A program made the position numbers and the translations under genes. A model generated the notes under the pieces. That model ran no database searches, was not told the origin of the DNA, and worked only from the letters and a program-made list of their open reading frames with translations. A stretch of DNA of 64,000 nucleotides from NCBI GenBank assembly GCA_965199825.1, contig OZ241329.1, positions 288,001 through 352,000 of the forward strand, read 5' to 3'. The stretch comes from Bdellovibrionales bacterium (GTDB lineage Bacteria > Bdellovibrionota > Bdellovibrionia > Bdellovibrionales > UBA1609). How positions within the stretch are numbered: the stretch's first letter is position 1; each line of letters opens with the position of its first letter. This document shows positions 52,129-62,249 of the stretch, piece by piece.

Positions 52129-54632
52129 ATCCGCGCTACACTTTATTTCGTGAAGCTCTCGCGAATCGACTTCTTCTGCTCGATGGTTCGATGGGCGCCC
52201 TACTGCAAAAAAGAAATTTGCCCGCAGGCTATGCCCCAGATCTGTGGAATCTTGAAAAACCCGAAGTGATCGAACAGGTCCATCGAGAATATATTGAGGC
52301 CGGTGCCGATATCCTTATCACAAACACCTTTGGAGCCTCAAAACTTCGCCTGCAAGAGTACGATGCCTACGATAAATTAACCGCAATCAATACCGCAGCG
52401 GTTCGTCTCGCACGACGTGCGGCCGGAAATAAATTTGTGGCGGGCGACATCGGCCCTTGTGGTGACACGATATTTCCCACGGGATCTCGTCCATTTGGCG
52501 AAGTGGTCGAGATTTTTAAGGAACAAGCCACTGCTCTGATCGATGCCGGTGTGGACTGCATCATCATTGAGACCATGTTTGATTCTCTCGATTACAAGGC
52601 GGCCTTGTCTGCGGTTCGAAGTGTCAGTCAGCACATTCCGATTATTGCGCTGATGACATTCAATACCGACACTGTGTCTGATACAGGCATCACTCCAGAA
52701 TCTTGTGTGGCGATTGCTGAGGGATTCCATGCCGACGTGGTCGGTGCCAACTGCTCGGTGGGTCCCGATGCGATGATCGAAGTGATAAAAAAAATGAAGG
52801 CCATCAGCAATTTGCCTTTATGTGCCCAACCCAATGCCGGACTTCCCGTCTTAAAAAATGGCGAAACAGTTTTTCCGCTCGATGCCGAAAACATGGCGGG
52901 ATTTGTTGAGAATTTTTTTAAAGCTGGTGCGCGAATTTTGGGAGGCTGCTGCGGAACAACTCCTGAGTTTATAAAAAAACTAAGACACATCGTCGATTCA
53001 CACCAAAATCTTTTTCAATATTCCAAAACTGAACATCGTCAAAGGGTCTTACTCTCGTCAAAAATGCGAACAGTCTGCATTGGATCCGATTATCCGTTTG
53101 TCATGATTGGCGAAAAAATCAATCCCACGGGTCGAAAAAAAGTTGCCGAAAATATTCGTAAGGGAAATATCGAAGCTCTTTTAGCCGATGCTCATGCCCA
53201 ATTTCTTGCAGGCGCTCATTGTCTCGATGTTAACGTGGGAGTGCCGCTCATCGATGAGCCCGAGATGATGTCCACAGTGATTTGTGCGCTCCAAAATTCG
53301 ATCGAAACCCCTCTCGTGATCGACTCCAGTTTTTCTGAAGCATTGTTAAAAGGCGGCCAGGTGTATTACGGCAGACCCCTCTTAAATAGCGTCAATGCCG
53401 AAGACGAAAAGATCGAGGAAGTTTTGCCCATCGCAAAAGCGGTGGGTGGAGCTGTGCTTGCGCTTGTCACCGAAACCGAAGTGCCCGAAAAAGCCGAAGA
53501 CCGCCTAAAATACGCACAAAAAATACTAGATCGATTTTTGGCTGCGGGCTTTCATCGCAACGATATTGTGTTCGATGTTTTAAGCCTGACCGTTTCGGCG
53601 ATGAGGCAAGGCAGTATTGAAACTTTTAAAACAATCGAGCTCATCAAAAACGAACTCGGGTGCGCCACCACCTTTGGTCTTAGCAACTCTTCGTTTGGAT
53701 TGCCCAATCGTCGTTTTGTTCACCAAGCCTACCTGATGATGTGCATTCAACGTGGGCTTACATCCGCGATCATGAATGTGCTCGAAAAAGATATCGTCAC
53801 ACGTGTGGCTGCGAGTGACCTCTTCACCCAAAAACAAAATGCGGTATCTGAATATCTGCAATCCTGGTCCTCTCCCATTGCCGAAGGAGAAAGTTCAAAC
53901 ACACAACCGACTTTACAATCCACAGAAGAAGACCCTACCCTCAAACTCAATCTTGATCCCCTCCAAAAAGAAATCTTTTGGGATATTGCCGAAGGCAAAA
54001 AAGATAAGATTGAAAATGATGTGAACGAGTTTATTAAGACCAGGAGCTCTCAATCTTTCGAATTATTTTTGAATGTGATGACTCCAGGAATTCGCTATCT
54101 TGGCGAACTTTTTGGTAAACGCAAAAGGTTTATTCCGCATCTCGTCGCAGCCGCCGAAGCAATGAAGATTGGAGTCAAAATTCTTGAGCCCCACTTCAAT
54201 CGCAATGAAAATGAAGTTCAAAAAGGCACGGTGATCTTTGCTACTGTTAAAGGGGACATTCACGACATCGGAAAAAACATCTGTGTTTTAATGCTCAAAA
54301 ATTTTGGCTACAATGTGATCGATTTAGGACGAAACGTTGCAATGGACACCATCTTTAATGCGGCTCGCGAAAACAAAGCCGAGATCATCGCACTCTCTGC
54401 ACTGATGACCACCACAATGATCCAAATGAAACTCTTGATCGAAGAAAATCGAAAGCAAGGGTACGGCTACAAGGTGATGATCGGTGGAGCTCCTGTCACT
54501 TCAGAATTTGCAAAAGAGATCGGGGCAAATGGACATTGCGAAGATGTGGGCGGAATTGTCAACCAGACCGAATTGCTGTTTAGCGCCCTTGGTTTTCAGA
54601 GCGTTTCATCTGGCAAACACCCCACCATGTGA
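52125..54632 (+). CDS. metH: Cobalamin-dependent methionine synthase core (Hcy, folate and B12 domains; no AdoMet reactivation domain)
   Basis: GANC and GGCCG Zn ligands, IGEKINPTG, GDIHDIGKN (DxHxxG) and SALMTTT; ends after the B12 domain. Confidence 0.9.
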   Translation: MNPRYTLFREALANRLLLLDGSMGALLQKRNLPAGYAPDLWNLEKPEVIEQVHREYIEAGADILITNTFGASKLRLQEYDAYDKLTAINTAAVRLARRAAGNKFVAGDIGPCGDTIFPTGSRPFGEVVEIFKEQATALIDAGVDCIIIETMFDSLDYKAALSAVRSVSQHIPIIALMTFNTDTVSDTGITPESCVAIAEGFHADVVGANCSVGPDAMIEVIKKMKAISNLPLCAQPNAGLPVLKNGETVFPLDAENMAGFVENFFKAGARILGGCCGTTPEFIKKLRHIVDSHQNLFQYSKTEHRQRVLLSSKMRTVCIGSDYPFVMIGEKINPTGRKKVAENIRKGNIEALLADAHAQFLAGAHCLDVNVGVPLIDEPEMMSTVICALQNSIETPLVIDSSFSEALLKGGQVYYGRPLLNSVNAEDEKIEEVLPIAKAVGGAVLALVTETEVPEKAEDRLKYAQKILDRFLAAGFHRNDIVFDVLSLTVSAMRQGSIETFKTIELIKNELGCATTFGLSNSSFGLPNRRFVHQAYLMMCIQRGLTSAIMNVLEKDIVTRVAASDLFTQKQNAVSEYLQSWSSPIAEGESSNTQPTLQSTEEDPTLKLNLDPLQKEIFWDIAEGKKDKIENDVNEFIKTRSSQSFELFLNVMTPGIRYLGELFGKRKRFIPHLVAAAEAMKIGVKILEPHFNRNENEVQKGTVIFATVKGDIHDIGKNICVLMLKNFGYNVIDLGRNVAMDTIFNAARENKAEIIALSALMTTTMIQMKLLIEENRKQGYGYKVMIGGAPVTSEFAKEIGANGHCEDVGGIVNQTELLFSALGFQSVSSGKHPTM

Positions 54633-55326
54633 GGCCCGGAATAAATCGAACAAAACTCAAAATTTTTGCATCGAATACTAACATCGCGGTAATCAACTTG
54701 GTGAGCAGTGGCCCCCCACCCCAACCGGCGATCGTTTTTTGTTTGGCATTTTTGGATTCTTTTAATTTTTCCAATATGCGAACAAGCAGCGCGATCACAA
54801 AAATTTGGCCAGTTTTTTTGGTCTCCAAACCACAGTTGATAATCAAATTTTTAATTTCTTCAGGCGAATATCTTCGAAAATGCTCGAGTCCGGTATCATG
54901 AGCGGTAAATAATTTTTGCCACTCAGGAACTGTAATGATCACCGATCCTTTTGGTTTTAGAGAATGAGTCACAAGATTTTTTAAAAAACTTCGGTCATCT
55001 TCAATGTGTTCCAAAATATCACATAAAAAAATCAGATCGAATTTTTGATTAGGCTGTTGGGTGACAAATTGAACATTTGCACTTCGGAGTGATTTTAATT
55101 GTTTGATATCATTTTGTTCATAGTTTTTGTCCCAACAGGTGATTTTCGAAATCGAGGTCGAATTTATTTTTAACTGATCGGCAAGCCATGCATCCCCCGA
55201 ACCCACGTCGAGGGCTTCAAGATCTTGCCCCTCAATTTGACTCACCAAGGATTGCAAAAATTTGGCGCGAGCCAACTCCCAAGGATGCCTCTTTGTTGGA
55301 TGAATTCGAAACTCTTTTAAATCCAA
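54580..55326 (-). CDS. Class I SAM-dependent methyltransferase
   Basis: LDVGSGD, DILEH, ITVP and H.RRY motifs. Confidence 0.88.
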   Translation of the reverse strand: MDLKEFRIHPTKRHPWELARAKFLQSLVSQIEGQDLEALDVGSGDAWLADQLKINSTSISKITCWDKNYEQNDIKQLKSLRSANVQFVTQQPNQKFDLIFLCDILEHIEDDRSFLKNLVTHSLKPKGSVIITVPEWQKLFTAHDTGLEHFRRYSPEEIKNLIINCGLETKKTGQIFVIALLVRILEKLKESKNAKQKTIAGWGGGPLLTKLITAMLVFDAKILSFVRFIPGLTWWGVCQMKRSENQGR

Positions 55327-55403
55327 TGATCACCTCGCATCGTAGTGTTTCATCACAGTGTTTTTGTTGCAATGATTTTTGGATTCACACATACTCGGGC
55401 CTC

Positions 55404-56138
55404 ATGGCAACTCTTCTTGTTATTCCATGCTACAACGAAGCTCAACGCATCCGCATTGAAGCTATCCAAGAGCTATTGCAAAATAAAGACTTACAAATTT
55501 TATTTGTTGATGATGGTTCAAAAGATTCTACTCTTTCAATTCTTAATGATTTTTGCCGACGCTTAGAACGCATTGAGATTTTGACCCTCAAACAAAATAG
55601 TGGCAAAGCCGAGGCAGTCCGTCAGGGGTTGCTCAAAGCTTTAGAAAGTTCGACGGAGCTCATTGGGTATTGTGATGCTGACTTTGCAACACCCCCAAAA
55701 GAGGTTTTAAGAATTATCGACGAGTGCCTTTTTCACCACGAACGTCAGTGTGTGATTGGATCAAGAATACGACTCCTCGGTTTAGATGTGAATCGCAGTT
55801 TTTTTCGCCATATCTTAAGTCGGATCTTTGCAACTCTTGGCTCTTGGACACTTCAAATGACGGTCTACGATACTCAATGTGGTGCAAAGTTTTTTAGACC
55901 AAGTCCCCTCTTAAAATTTGTTTGTACTGAGAAATTTATTTCTCGTTGGGCTTTTGATGTTGAACTGCTCGGACGTTTAAAAAAGGGTTCGGCTCAATTT
56001 CAAGGTCTTCAGCCTAAGGATTTTTTAGAAATTCCTCTTAAACAGTGGAGCGAAGTATCGGGATCCAAAATGACCTTGAGAGCCGCATTGAGAATGGGCT
56101 TTGATCTTTTTAAAATTGCGAGACGACTTCACCGTTGA
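55404..56138 (+). CDS. GT2 polyprenol-phosphate glycosyltransferase
   Basis: IPCYNE, VDDGS, GKAEAVR, DAD, DTQCGAK and FDVE motifs. Confidence 0.9.
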   Translation: MATLLVIPCYNEAQRIRIEAIQELLQNKDLQILFVDDGSKDSTLSILNDFCRRLERIEILTLKQNSGKAEAVRQGLLKALESSTELIGYCDADFATPPKEVLRIIDECLFHHERQCVIGSRIRLLGLDVNRSFFRHILSRIFATLGSWTLQMTVYDTQCGAKFFRPSPLLKFVCTEKFISRWAFDVELLGRLKKGSAQFQGLQPKDFLEIPLKQWSEVSGSKMTLRAALRMGFDLFKIARRLHR

Positions 56139-57187
56139 AGAAGTTTTTGGCTTCCCTTCTCCTTTTTTTACTGGCAATCGGTATTGATCATCGAAGGGAC
56201 TGGAGCTGGATCTACACCCATTGGCTTTTTGATTATCATTTTGGATTTATCAAGCGCGGCTTGGTCGGCGCAGGTCTTCATTTAATTTCATCCTCACTGC
56301 CGTTACTCGAAGTGCAAATTTTGTCTATCCTAATGGCTGCAGCAGTGACGATTTTCTTTATTAAATTTTTTTGGGATTTGCGCGCTTGTTGGAATCATTC
56401 AATCTTAATTTTTGCGGTCTTCGTCTTTTTCTCACCACTTTCAGTCAGAAACTATTTTTACGACTTGGGTCGATTTGATCAACTGAGTATGGTTTTGATC
56501 TTACTTCAGTGGTTCAATATTCCTCTGCTAGTTACTGCTGCTTTGGCCACAGCCCTGGTGGCGGTGCATGAGAACTTCTTTTTTATTTTTCTTCCTGCCC
56601 TCTCATTTATTTTGTACCAAAAGCACGGACTCAAAAAAACGATGGCTGTCATCTTCAGTGTCACGATGGCCACATTTTTTGTTTTTATTTTCGGCCACCC
56701 CAGTGTTGGGCGCTCGACTTTATTTGAATATCTCCAAAGCAAGGCCACAATCGCTCTCGACGACAATCTGGATCTTTTTTATGTCAATGCTCAAGAACAG
56801 TTCAAAGCAAATATGGCGCATTTTGAAATTCAAAAACATTTTTGGTACGGCTATTTATTGTATGCGAGCTTTTTGATTCCACTGGTCCTCACCCTAAAAT
56901 CAATCACAACCGATAAATTTGAAAAACTAATTTTTGCCGGATTGGTCAGCGGTTATCTCTTTATTTTTATTTTCACCTGCGACTGGTGTCGCCATCTCAC
57001 CAATCTCTTTCTGATCTTGGCCTTTCTCATTTTGTATTTGTACCGACAAAAAAAATTGGTGACCGACTTTGAATTTTTCAAATCCCGATGGCGCTACTTT
57101 TATTTCGTTTTATTTTTATTGCCCGCGGCGGGAGTCGAGATCCCAAGGCTGGTGAAGTTATTTCCCGTATTCGCGAAGTACCTCTGA
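56135..57187 (+). CDS. Multi-TM membrane protein, possible GT-C transferase
   Basis: GFIKRGLVG, GRFD, VHE and DWCR motifs; about 9-10 TM helices; coupled to the GT2 gene. Confidence 0.6.
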   Translation: MKKFLASLLLFLLAIGIDHRRDWSWIYTHWLFDYHFGFIKRGLVGAGLHLISSSLPLLEVQILSILMAAAVTIFFIKFFWDLRACWNHSILIFAVFVFFSPLSVRNYFYDLGRFDQLSMVLILLQWFNIPLLVTAALATALVAVHENFFFIFLPALSFILYQKHGLKKTMAVIFSVTMATFFVFIFGHPSVGRSTLFEYLQSKATIALDDNLDLFYVNAQEQFKANMAHFEIQKHFWYGYLLYASFLIPLVLTLKSITTDKFEKLIFAGLVSGYLFIFIFTCDWCRHLTNLFLILAFLILYLYRQKKLVTDFEFFKSRWRYFYFVLFLLPAAGVEIPRLVKLFPVFAKYL

Positions 57188-57886
57188 AGAGGTAGAATCA
57201 ATTTTTAGCCGATGCTGATCAATCCAAATAGCTCGATCACACATCCGCTCCACATCTCCAGCCGAATGCGAAACCAAAACGATTGTCACTCCGGTTTTTT
57301 TAAAAGCGAGCATCCGGTCCATGCACTTGGCTTGAAACGCAGAATCCCCTACCGCCAAAACCTCATCGACCAATAGGATCTGAGGATCAAGATTCGCCAC
57401 CACAGAAAATCCTAGACGCGCCAGCATGCCAGAAGAAAATGACCGAACCGGCTGGTCAATAAATTCTTCCAACTCAGAAAACTCAATAATCGCATCCACT
57501 TTTTTGGCAACTTGCTTTCGCGAAAGTCCGAGCAACACACCATTGAGTCTTATATTTTCAAGCCCGCTCAAGTCGGGATGAAATCCTCCACCCAATTCTA
57601 AGAGTGGTGAAACTCGTCGGTTCACCACCACATCGCCAAGGCTTGGCTTGAGCACTCCGGCAATCAATCCTAATGTTGTACTTTTGCCAGCACCATTTCG
57701 CCCGACAAAGGCCACCGACTCGCCCTTTTGAATTTCAAAGGAAATATTTTCGAGCGCGGTAAACCGGGTTTGCCGCATCTCCTTTATTGCCCGAGGCAAA
57801 TTAAAAATCAGGCGTTTAAGTCCTGAGGTCATATGATGATAAAGCGGATAATGCTTGGTCACATTTCGAAATGAAATATCGGTCAT
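57158..57886 (-). CDS. wzt: O-antigen ABC transporter ATP-binding subunit (no C-terminal carbohydrate-binding module)
   Basis: GRNGAGKST, FSSGM and DEVLAVGD motifs; 242 aa. Confidence 0.93.
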   Translation of the reverse strand: MTDISFRNVTKHYPLYHHMTSGLKRLIFNLPRAIKEMRQTRFTALENISFEIQKGESVAFVGRNGAGKSTTLGLIAGVLKPSLGDVVVNRRVSPLLELGGGFHPDLSGLENIRLNGVLLGLSRKQVAKKVDAIIEFSELEEFIDQPVRSFSSGMLARLGFSVVANLDPQILLVDEVLAVGDSAFQAKCMDRMLAFKKTGVTIVLVSHSAGDVERMCDRAIWIDQHRLKIDSTSSEVLREYGK

Positions 57887-58641
57887 CAAAGTACCTCCGC
57901 AAAACGCCACTGAAGCCTTTGATAAATAACTTGAGAAATCAAAACACAAACGAGCACCCACACGCTCGTCCAAAATACAAAACTCCAATTCAGACCTGAA
58001 CCCATCAGGATATTTCGCCAGTTGATAATCAACATGGCAAAGGGCTGATAAACTAAATAAGACCTATATTGATCAGGAATCATATCGGCGCTGTAAATTA
58101 CGGGGGTAAAATAAAAAATTGCGGTCATCGAAAGTTGCAAAAGCCGCTCGAGATCGCGCAAAAAAAGATTCATGGTTCCCAGAAACAACATAAAGGCATA
58201 GGTCAAACCAAACTGCAGAATGCACAGTAGAGGGATTTGATAAAGCCAAGAAAGATGAAGCGGCATCTTAAATAGAACAAGGAAAAACACAATCACCGGC
58301 ACCGAGACCAAAAAATGAATCGCATCTTGCAGCACCTGCACAAATGCAATCAGATAACGGGGGAAATTGGTTTTTTTAATCAGCTGTGCATTGCCATAAA
58401 AAATCATCGGCCCGATTGCCAGTGAATTGCTCACCCACTGCCACGGAAATAATCCACAAATCAAAAACACCGGAAAATTTGGAGTTTGAACTTTTAAAAT
58501 TTGACCAAAAACAACGAAGTACAAAAACGCATGGGCAAGTGGGCTTGCCACCGACCACACATAACCGAGTGCCATGTGCTTGTATCTGACACGCAACTCT
58601 TTCATCAAAAGAGCCATCACGATGTCATAAAACCGTATCAT
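57886..58641 (-). CDS. wzm: O-antigen ABC transporter permease
   Basis: RYK...LGYVWS..P, GLFPWQW, RD and TPVIY motifs. Confidence 0.93.
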   Translation of the reverse strand: MIRFYDIVMALLMKELRVRYKHMALGYVWSVASPLAHAFLYFVVFGQILKVQTPNFPVFLICGLFPWQWVSNSLAIGPMIFYGNAQLIKKTNFPRYLIAFVQVLQDAIHFLVSVPVIVFFLVLFKMPLHLSWLYQIPLLCILQFGLTYAFMLFLGTMNLFLRDLERLLQLSMTAIFYFTPVIYSADMIPDQYRSYLVYQPFAMLIINWRNILMGSGLNWSFVFWTSVWVLVCVLISQVIYQRLQWRFAEVL

Positions 58642-59765
58642 TTTCGAAATTTCTGCCAAGAGGAATTCACCATTGCTGTCATTTCATTTTGAAATCGAGA
58701 GCGAGAATAAAACCCCAACCGCCCAACATCAATCTTATAAGTTTTGCGATCAAAGGACTTTACCGCACCCATCAGGCTATTGACTGTTGGCTCATTAAAA
58801 AAATGGGTATCGGCATCGGTCAATGTCTCAAGCACTCCGCCTGCACGGTAAGCAATCACCGGCGTATTTGAGGCGAGGGCCTCGAGCGGAGCAATTCCAA
58901 AATCTTCGACTCCAGGAAAAACAAATGCTTGAGCTCGACCAAAATAACTAGCTACTTCGGCGCGAGACAACTCACCCAAAAATTCTATTTGGGGGCCCGC
59001 CATTTTTTTTAAAGCCAGCTCCTCTTGACCGCCACCAATAATTTTAAGTGGCAAATTTAATCGCGAAAATGCGTCGATCGCCAGATCCACCCGTTTGTTG
59101 GGAGCAAAAGCTGTGACCATCAAAAAAAAATCCTCTTTTTTCCAATCAAACTTAAAATCAGAGAAATCCACAAAGGGATAAATAATCTCAGCATCACGAT
59201 CCCAATATTTTCTGATTCTCTCGCGTACGAATTTTGAAATGGCCACAAACTGATCAACATTTTGGTTCGAACTCTTATCCCACCAAGTCAGTGCGGGCTT
59301 GAGCATCTTTGCAACTCCGCGAAGAGGACCGCGCGGAAAATACTGATCAAACTGGTCGTACATATACCGCATTGGCGAATAGACATACGACACATGAACA
59401 CTTCCCTTGGGCTTTTTCACACCTTTGATCACACAATGATGCGAACTTAAAAGCACATCCGTTTTTTTTATGTTCAAACTTTTTAATGCCATCGGCATCA
59501 TCGGCAAAAATTGGCGGTAGCGACTGGCAATATTGGGTATCCGGTTGAGCACACTTGTGGTGATCTGACGAGACTCAATGATGTCAGAGGTGCTCTTCAA
59601 TTTATGAAGAAGAGTGTAGATCGAGGCTTGCGGATAAATTTCGCACAAAGCCTCAAGACATCGTTCACCACCGCGAAAACCAACCAGCCAATCGTGAGCC
59701 AATGCCACCTGCGGCCCAACTAAAGAATTCTCATCTTTTTTCATTTTGAAAATCAAAGGTGTCAT
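58638..59765 (-). CDS. GT4 glycosyltransferase (WbaZ-like)
   Basis: HDWL...RGGE, SPMRY and EDFGIAPLEA motifs. Confidence 0.9.
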   Translation of the reverse strand: MTPLIFKMKKDENSLVGPQVALAHDWLVGFRGGERCLEALCEIYPQASIYTLLHKLKSTSDIIESRQITTSVLNRIPNIASRYRQFLPMMPMALKSLNIKKTDVLLSSHHCVIKGVKKPKGSVHVSYVYSPMRYMYDQFDQYFPRGPLRGVAKMLKPALTWWDKSSNQNVDQFVAISKFVRERIRKYWDRDAEIIYPFVDFSDFKFDWKKEDFFLMVTAFAPNKRVDLAIDAFSRLNLPLKIIGGGQEELALKKMAGPQIEFLGELSRAEVASYFGRAQAFVFPGVEDFGIAPLEALASNTPVIAYRAGGVLETLTDADTHFFNEPTVNSLMGAVKSFDRKTYKIDVGRLGFYSRSRFQNEMTAMVNSSWQKFRK

Positions 59766-59847
59766 GACTCAAACCTCTTTTCAATAATCATCCAAGTTGT
59801 TTTGACCGACGTGCCGATGTACGTTCCTTTTTTTATGGGAGAGTTTC

Positions 59848-61164
59848 ATGTCAACCTTTCTGGTGGCAACGATAGACGGCGCGTTTGTCCTCCTCTCATG
59901 GACACTTGCAATTCATATCCGAGCTCTCTTTGGCGAAACCCCGCCCGACATTCCGACCTCTCTTAAATTCGGAATTCTCCTGGGTTCACTGACCATCACC
60001 ATTTTTTCGCGTTTCGGTTTTTATGAAGATTCGGTCCTTCGCTCGCTCACAGCGCGTCCTTATGGAATCCTACGCGGCCTGATCGCTTCACTTTTTTTGT
60101 TTATTCTTTTCAATTATTTTTTTGGATTGGAACGTCTCTCGCGCGCAACCTTGTTGCTCTATTTGCCCATCAGTTTTTTTTTGGTTTATATTTTTCGGCT
60201 TTGTTACAGCAAATTTTTGCGGAAGACCATTAAGGATATTTTGCTTGTAGGTGGAGGAGAGCCGCTCAAAGAATATCTCGACCGAATTTTAAATCTGCCA
60301 AACTTAGGCTTTCGACCTATGGGCTGGTATGACCCTCCAGAATGGGCCAAACAATACAGTATCCCAACCGTGGGCGAAGAAATTGTAAATCAACCAAAAC
60401 CCTCGGCCTACGTGATTTCTTATTCTGCCGAGCAGTCTAAAAATATCGATACCTTCGTTCGCGATTTCTATAACGATGTGACCCGAATTTATATTCTTCC
60501 CACTTTTAACAGTTATGCATTACTCGGTGTTTACCTCGAGCAAATTGCGGGCGTTTCGATCTTAAGCATCAATCAACCCCGCCATGCCGCAATCGATCTG
60601 GCAATCAAGCGCACCATCGACCTATTGGGGTCCGTGATACTCATTATTTTTCTCTCACCTTTTTTGACATTTATCGCACTTGCGATTCGGCTCACGAGCC
60701 AAGGCCAAATTTTTTATTCACAAGAACGAATCGGTCTCGACGGCCTCACCTTTAAAATGTGGAAATTCCGCACCATGATCAACACGAATGATGCTCCTCA
60801 ATGGACTGTGGCCGATGATCCCCGCCGCACGGCCTTGGGCGCTTTCCTGCGCAAAACCTCGATGGATGAGCTCCCACAACTTTGGAATGTTTTTATCGGA
60901 CAGATGAGTCTGGTAGGACCTCGACCCGAACAGCCTTTTTTCGTAGGCAATTTTCGCAAAGAAATTCCTGCTTATATGCTTCGCCACAAGATGAAGGCCG
61001 GAATCACGGGTTGGGCGCAGGTCAACGGTTGGAGAGGAAATACCTGTCTCCATAAACGGATCGAGTGCGACATCTACTACATCAAAAACTGGTCACTCTG
61101 GCTCGATCTCAAAATTTTATGTTTAACTTTATTTAGAGGATTTTTTCATAAAAACGCTTATTGA
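59848..61164 (+). CDS. Undecaprenyl-phosphate sugar-1-phosphate transferase (WcaJ/WbaP-like)
   Basis: [32 protein letters not shown] and [10 protein letters not shown] motifs. Confidence 0.93.
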   Translation: MSTFLVATIDGAFVLLSWTLAIHIRALFGETPPDIPTSLKFGILLGSLTITIFSRFGFYEDSVLRSLTARPYGILRGLIASLFLFILFNYFFGLERLSRATLLLYLPISFFLVYIFRLCYSKFLRKTIKDILLVGGGEPLKEYLDRILNLPNLGFRPMGWYDPPEWAKQYSIPTVGEEIVNQPKPSAYVISYSAEQSKNIDTFVRDFYNDVTRIYILPTFNSYALLGVYLEQIAGVSILSINQPRHAAIDLAIKRTIDLLGSVILIIFLSPFLTFIALAIRLTSQGQIFYSQERIGLDGLTFKMWKFRTMINTNDAPQWTVADDPRRTALGAFLRKTSMDELPQLWNVFIGQMSLVGPRPEQPFFVGNFRKEIPAYMLRHKMKAGITGWAQVNGWRGNTCLHKRIECDIYYIKNWSLWLDLKILCLTLFRGFFHKNAY

Positions 61165-61721
61165 TTGAGTTGCGAAAAGTAATCGAGCGCATTTGGATCA
61201 TTCCACTTTTGGGCTCCTGCAATCTTTCGAATCAACCCGCCTGTTTTTGAAAACACATAGGACTCCGGCAAAACATCTGCACCGTAAAGATGAGCGACCC
61301 GCTGATCCGAATCCACCACGACCACCATATTTTTGGGCCGCTTTTCAAATGCTTTCAAAAAAGCATTTAAACTCTGCAAATCTTTATCACCAGAAATAGC
61401 CACGATCAAAAGTTGAGGCTGCTTTTTGGCAAGCTCAATCAACGAGGGAAATTCCTCAACACAAGGCCCACACCACGACGCCCAGAAGTTTAAAAGAACC
61501 ACATGCCCACTCAAAGACTTCGACGAATATGTCCCGCCTTCAAGGCGTGGCAATTCAAAACCAAACAGGCCTTCACGCTCAAGTTTTTCTAAGTATTGGT
61601 GGGAATCAGGAACAGATGAATCTTTGTCAAAAAAACTATAAAAACGTTTGTAACCAAAAAGTAAAACGGCAAGGATTCCGAAACAAATCAAAATCGCTTG
61701 CCCATGTTTAGACTTGAACAC
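61158..61721 (-). CDS. TlpA/ResA-like thiol-disulfide oxidoreductase
   Basis: N-terminal anchor; LNFWASWCGPCVEE motif. Confidence 0.9.
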   Translation of the reverse strand: MFKSKHGQAILICFGILAVLLFGYKRFYSFFDKDSSVPDSHQYLEKLEREGLFGFELPRLEGGTYSSKSLSGHVVLLNFWASWCGPCVEEFPSLIELAKKQPQLLIVAISGDKDLQSLNAFLKAFEKRPKNMVVVVDSDQRVAHLYGADVLPESYVFSKTGGLIRKIAGAQKWNDPNALDYFSQLNQ

Positions 61722-61725
61722 GTCT

Positions 61726-62226
61726 TTAAGCGCGCGCGGCTTGTCGTGCTTTGCTTTGTAGAGTTCGTAGGTGACGACGTTTTTTATCAGCCAATCTCAA
61801 AGTTGAGCGAACCAATTTTTTGCTTTCAACATCACCTTGAACAGTTTCTTCAGCCGATTTTTTTGGCAGCTTGTAATCAACAAATTCAATGAAAGCCATC
61901 TCTGCACAATCACCAGGCCGTTGTCCAAGTTTGATGATGCGAGTATATCCACCTTGGCGAGCTTTAAAATGAACAGCAAGCTTATCCATAATTGTTCCGG
62001 CCGCATCTTGACTTCCAATTCGGGAAATCAAAAGACGACGAGAATTCAAAGTTCCTTTTTTACCAAGAGTAATTGCGCGTTCAATATGTCGGCGCAATTC
62101 TTTTGCTTTAGCGACGGTCGTACGGATGCGCCCGTGCTCTACAAGTGAGCTCATCAAGCCCTTAATTAACGCCAATCGCGGCCCTTGACGCCGGCTAAAA
62201 GAATGACTGTGTGACTTGTGTCTCAT
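61726..62226 (-). CDS. rplQ: 50S ribosomal protein L17 with a C-terminal extension
   Basis: MRH..., IRTTVAKAKELR and GGYTRIIK motifs. Confidence 0.97.
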   Translation of the reverse strand: MRHKSHSHSFSRRQGPRLALIKGLMSSLVEHGRIRTTVAKAKELRRHIERAITLGKKGTLNSRRLLISRIGSQDAAGTIMDKLAVHFKARQGGYTRIIKLGQRPGDCAEMAFIEFVDYKLPKKSAEETVQGDVESKKLVRSTLRLADKKRRHLRTLQSKARQAARA

Positions 62227-62249
62227 AAGTAAAGCTCCTTAAAAATATC

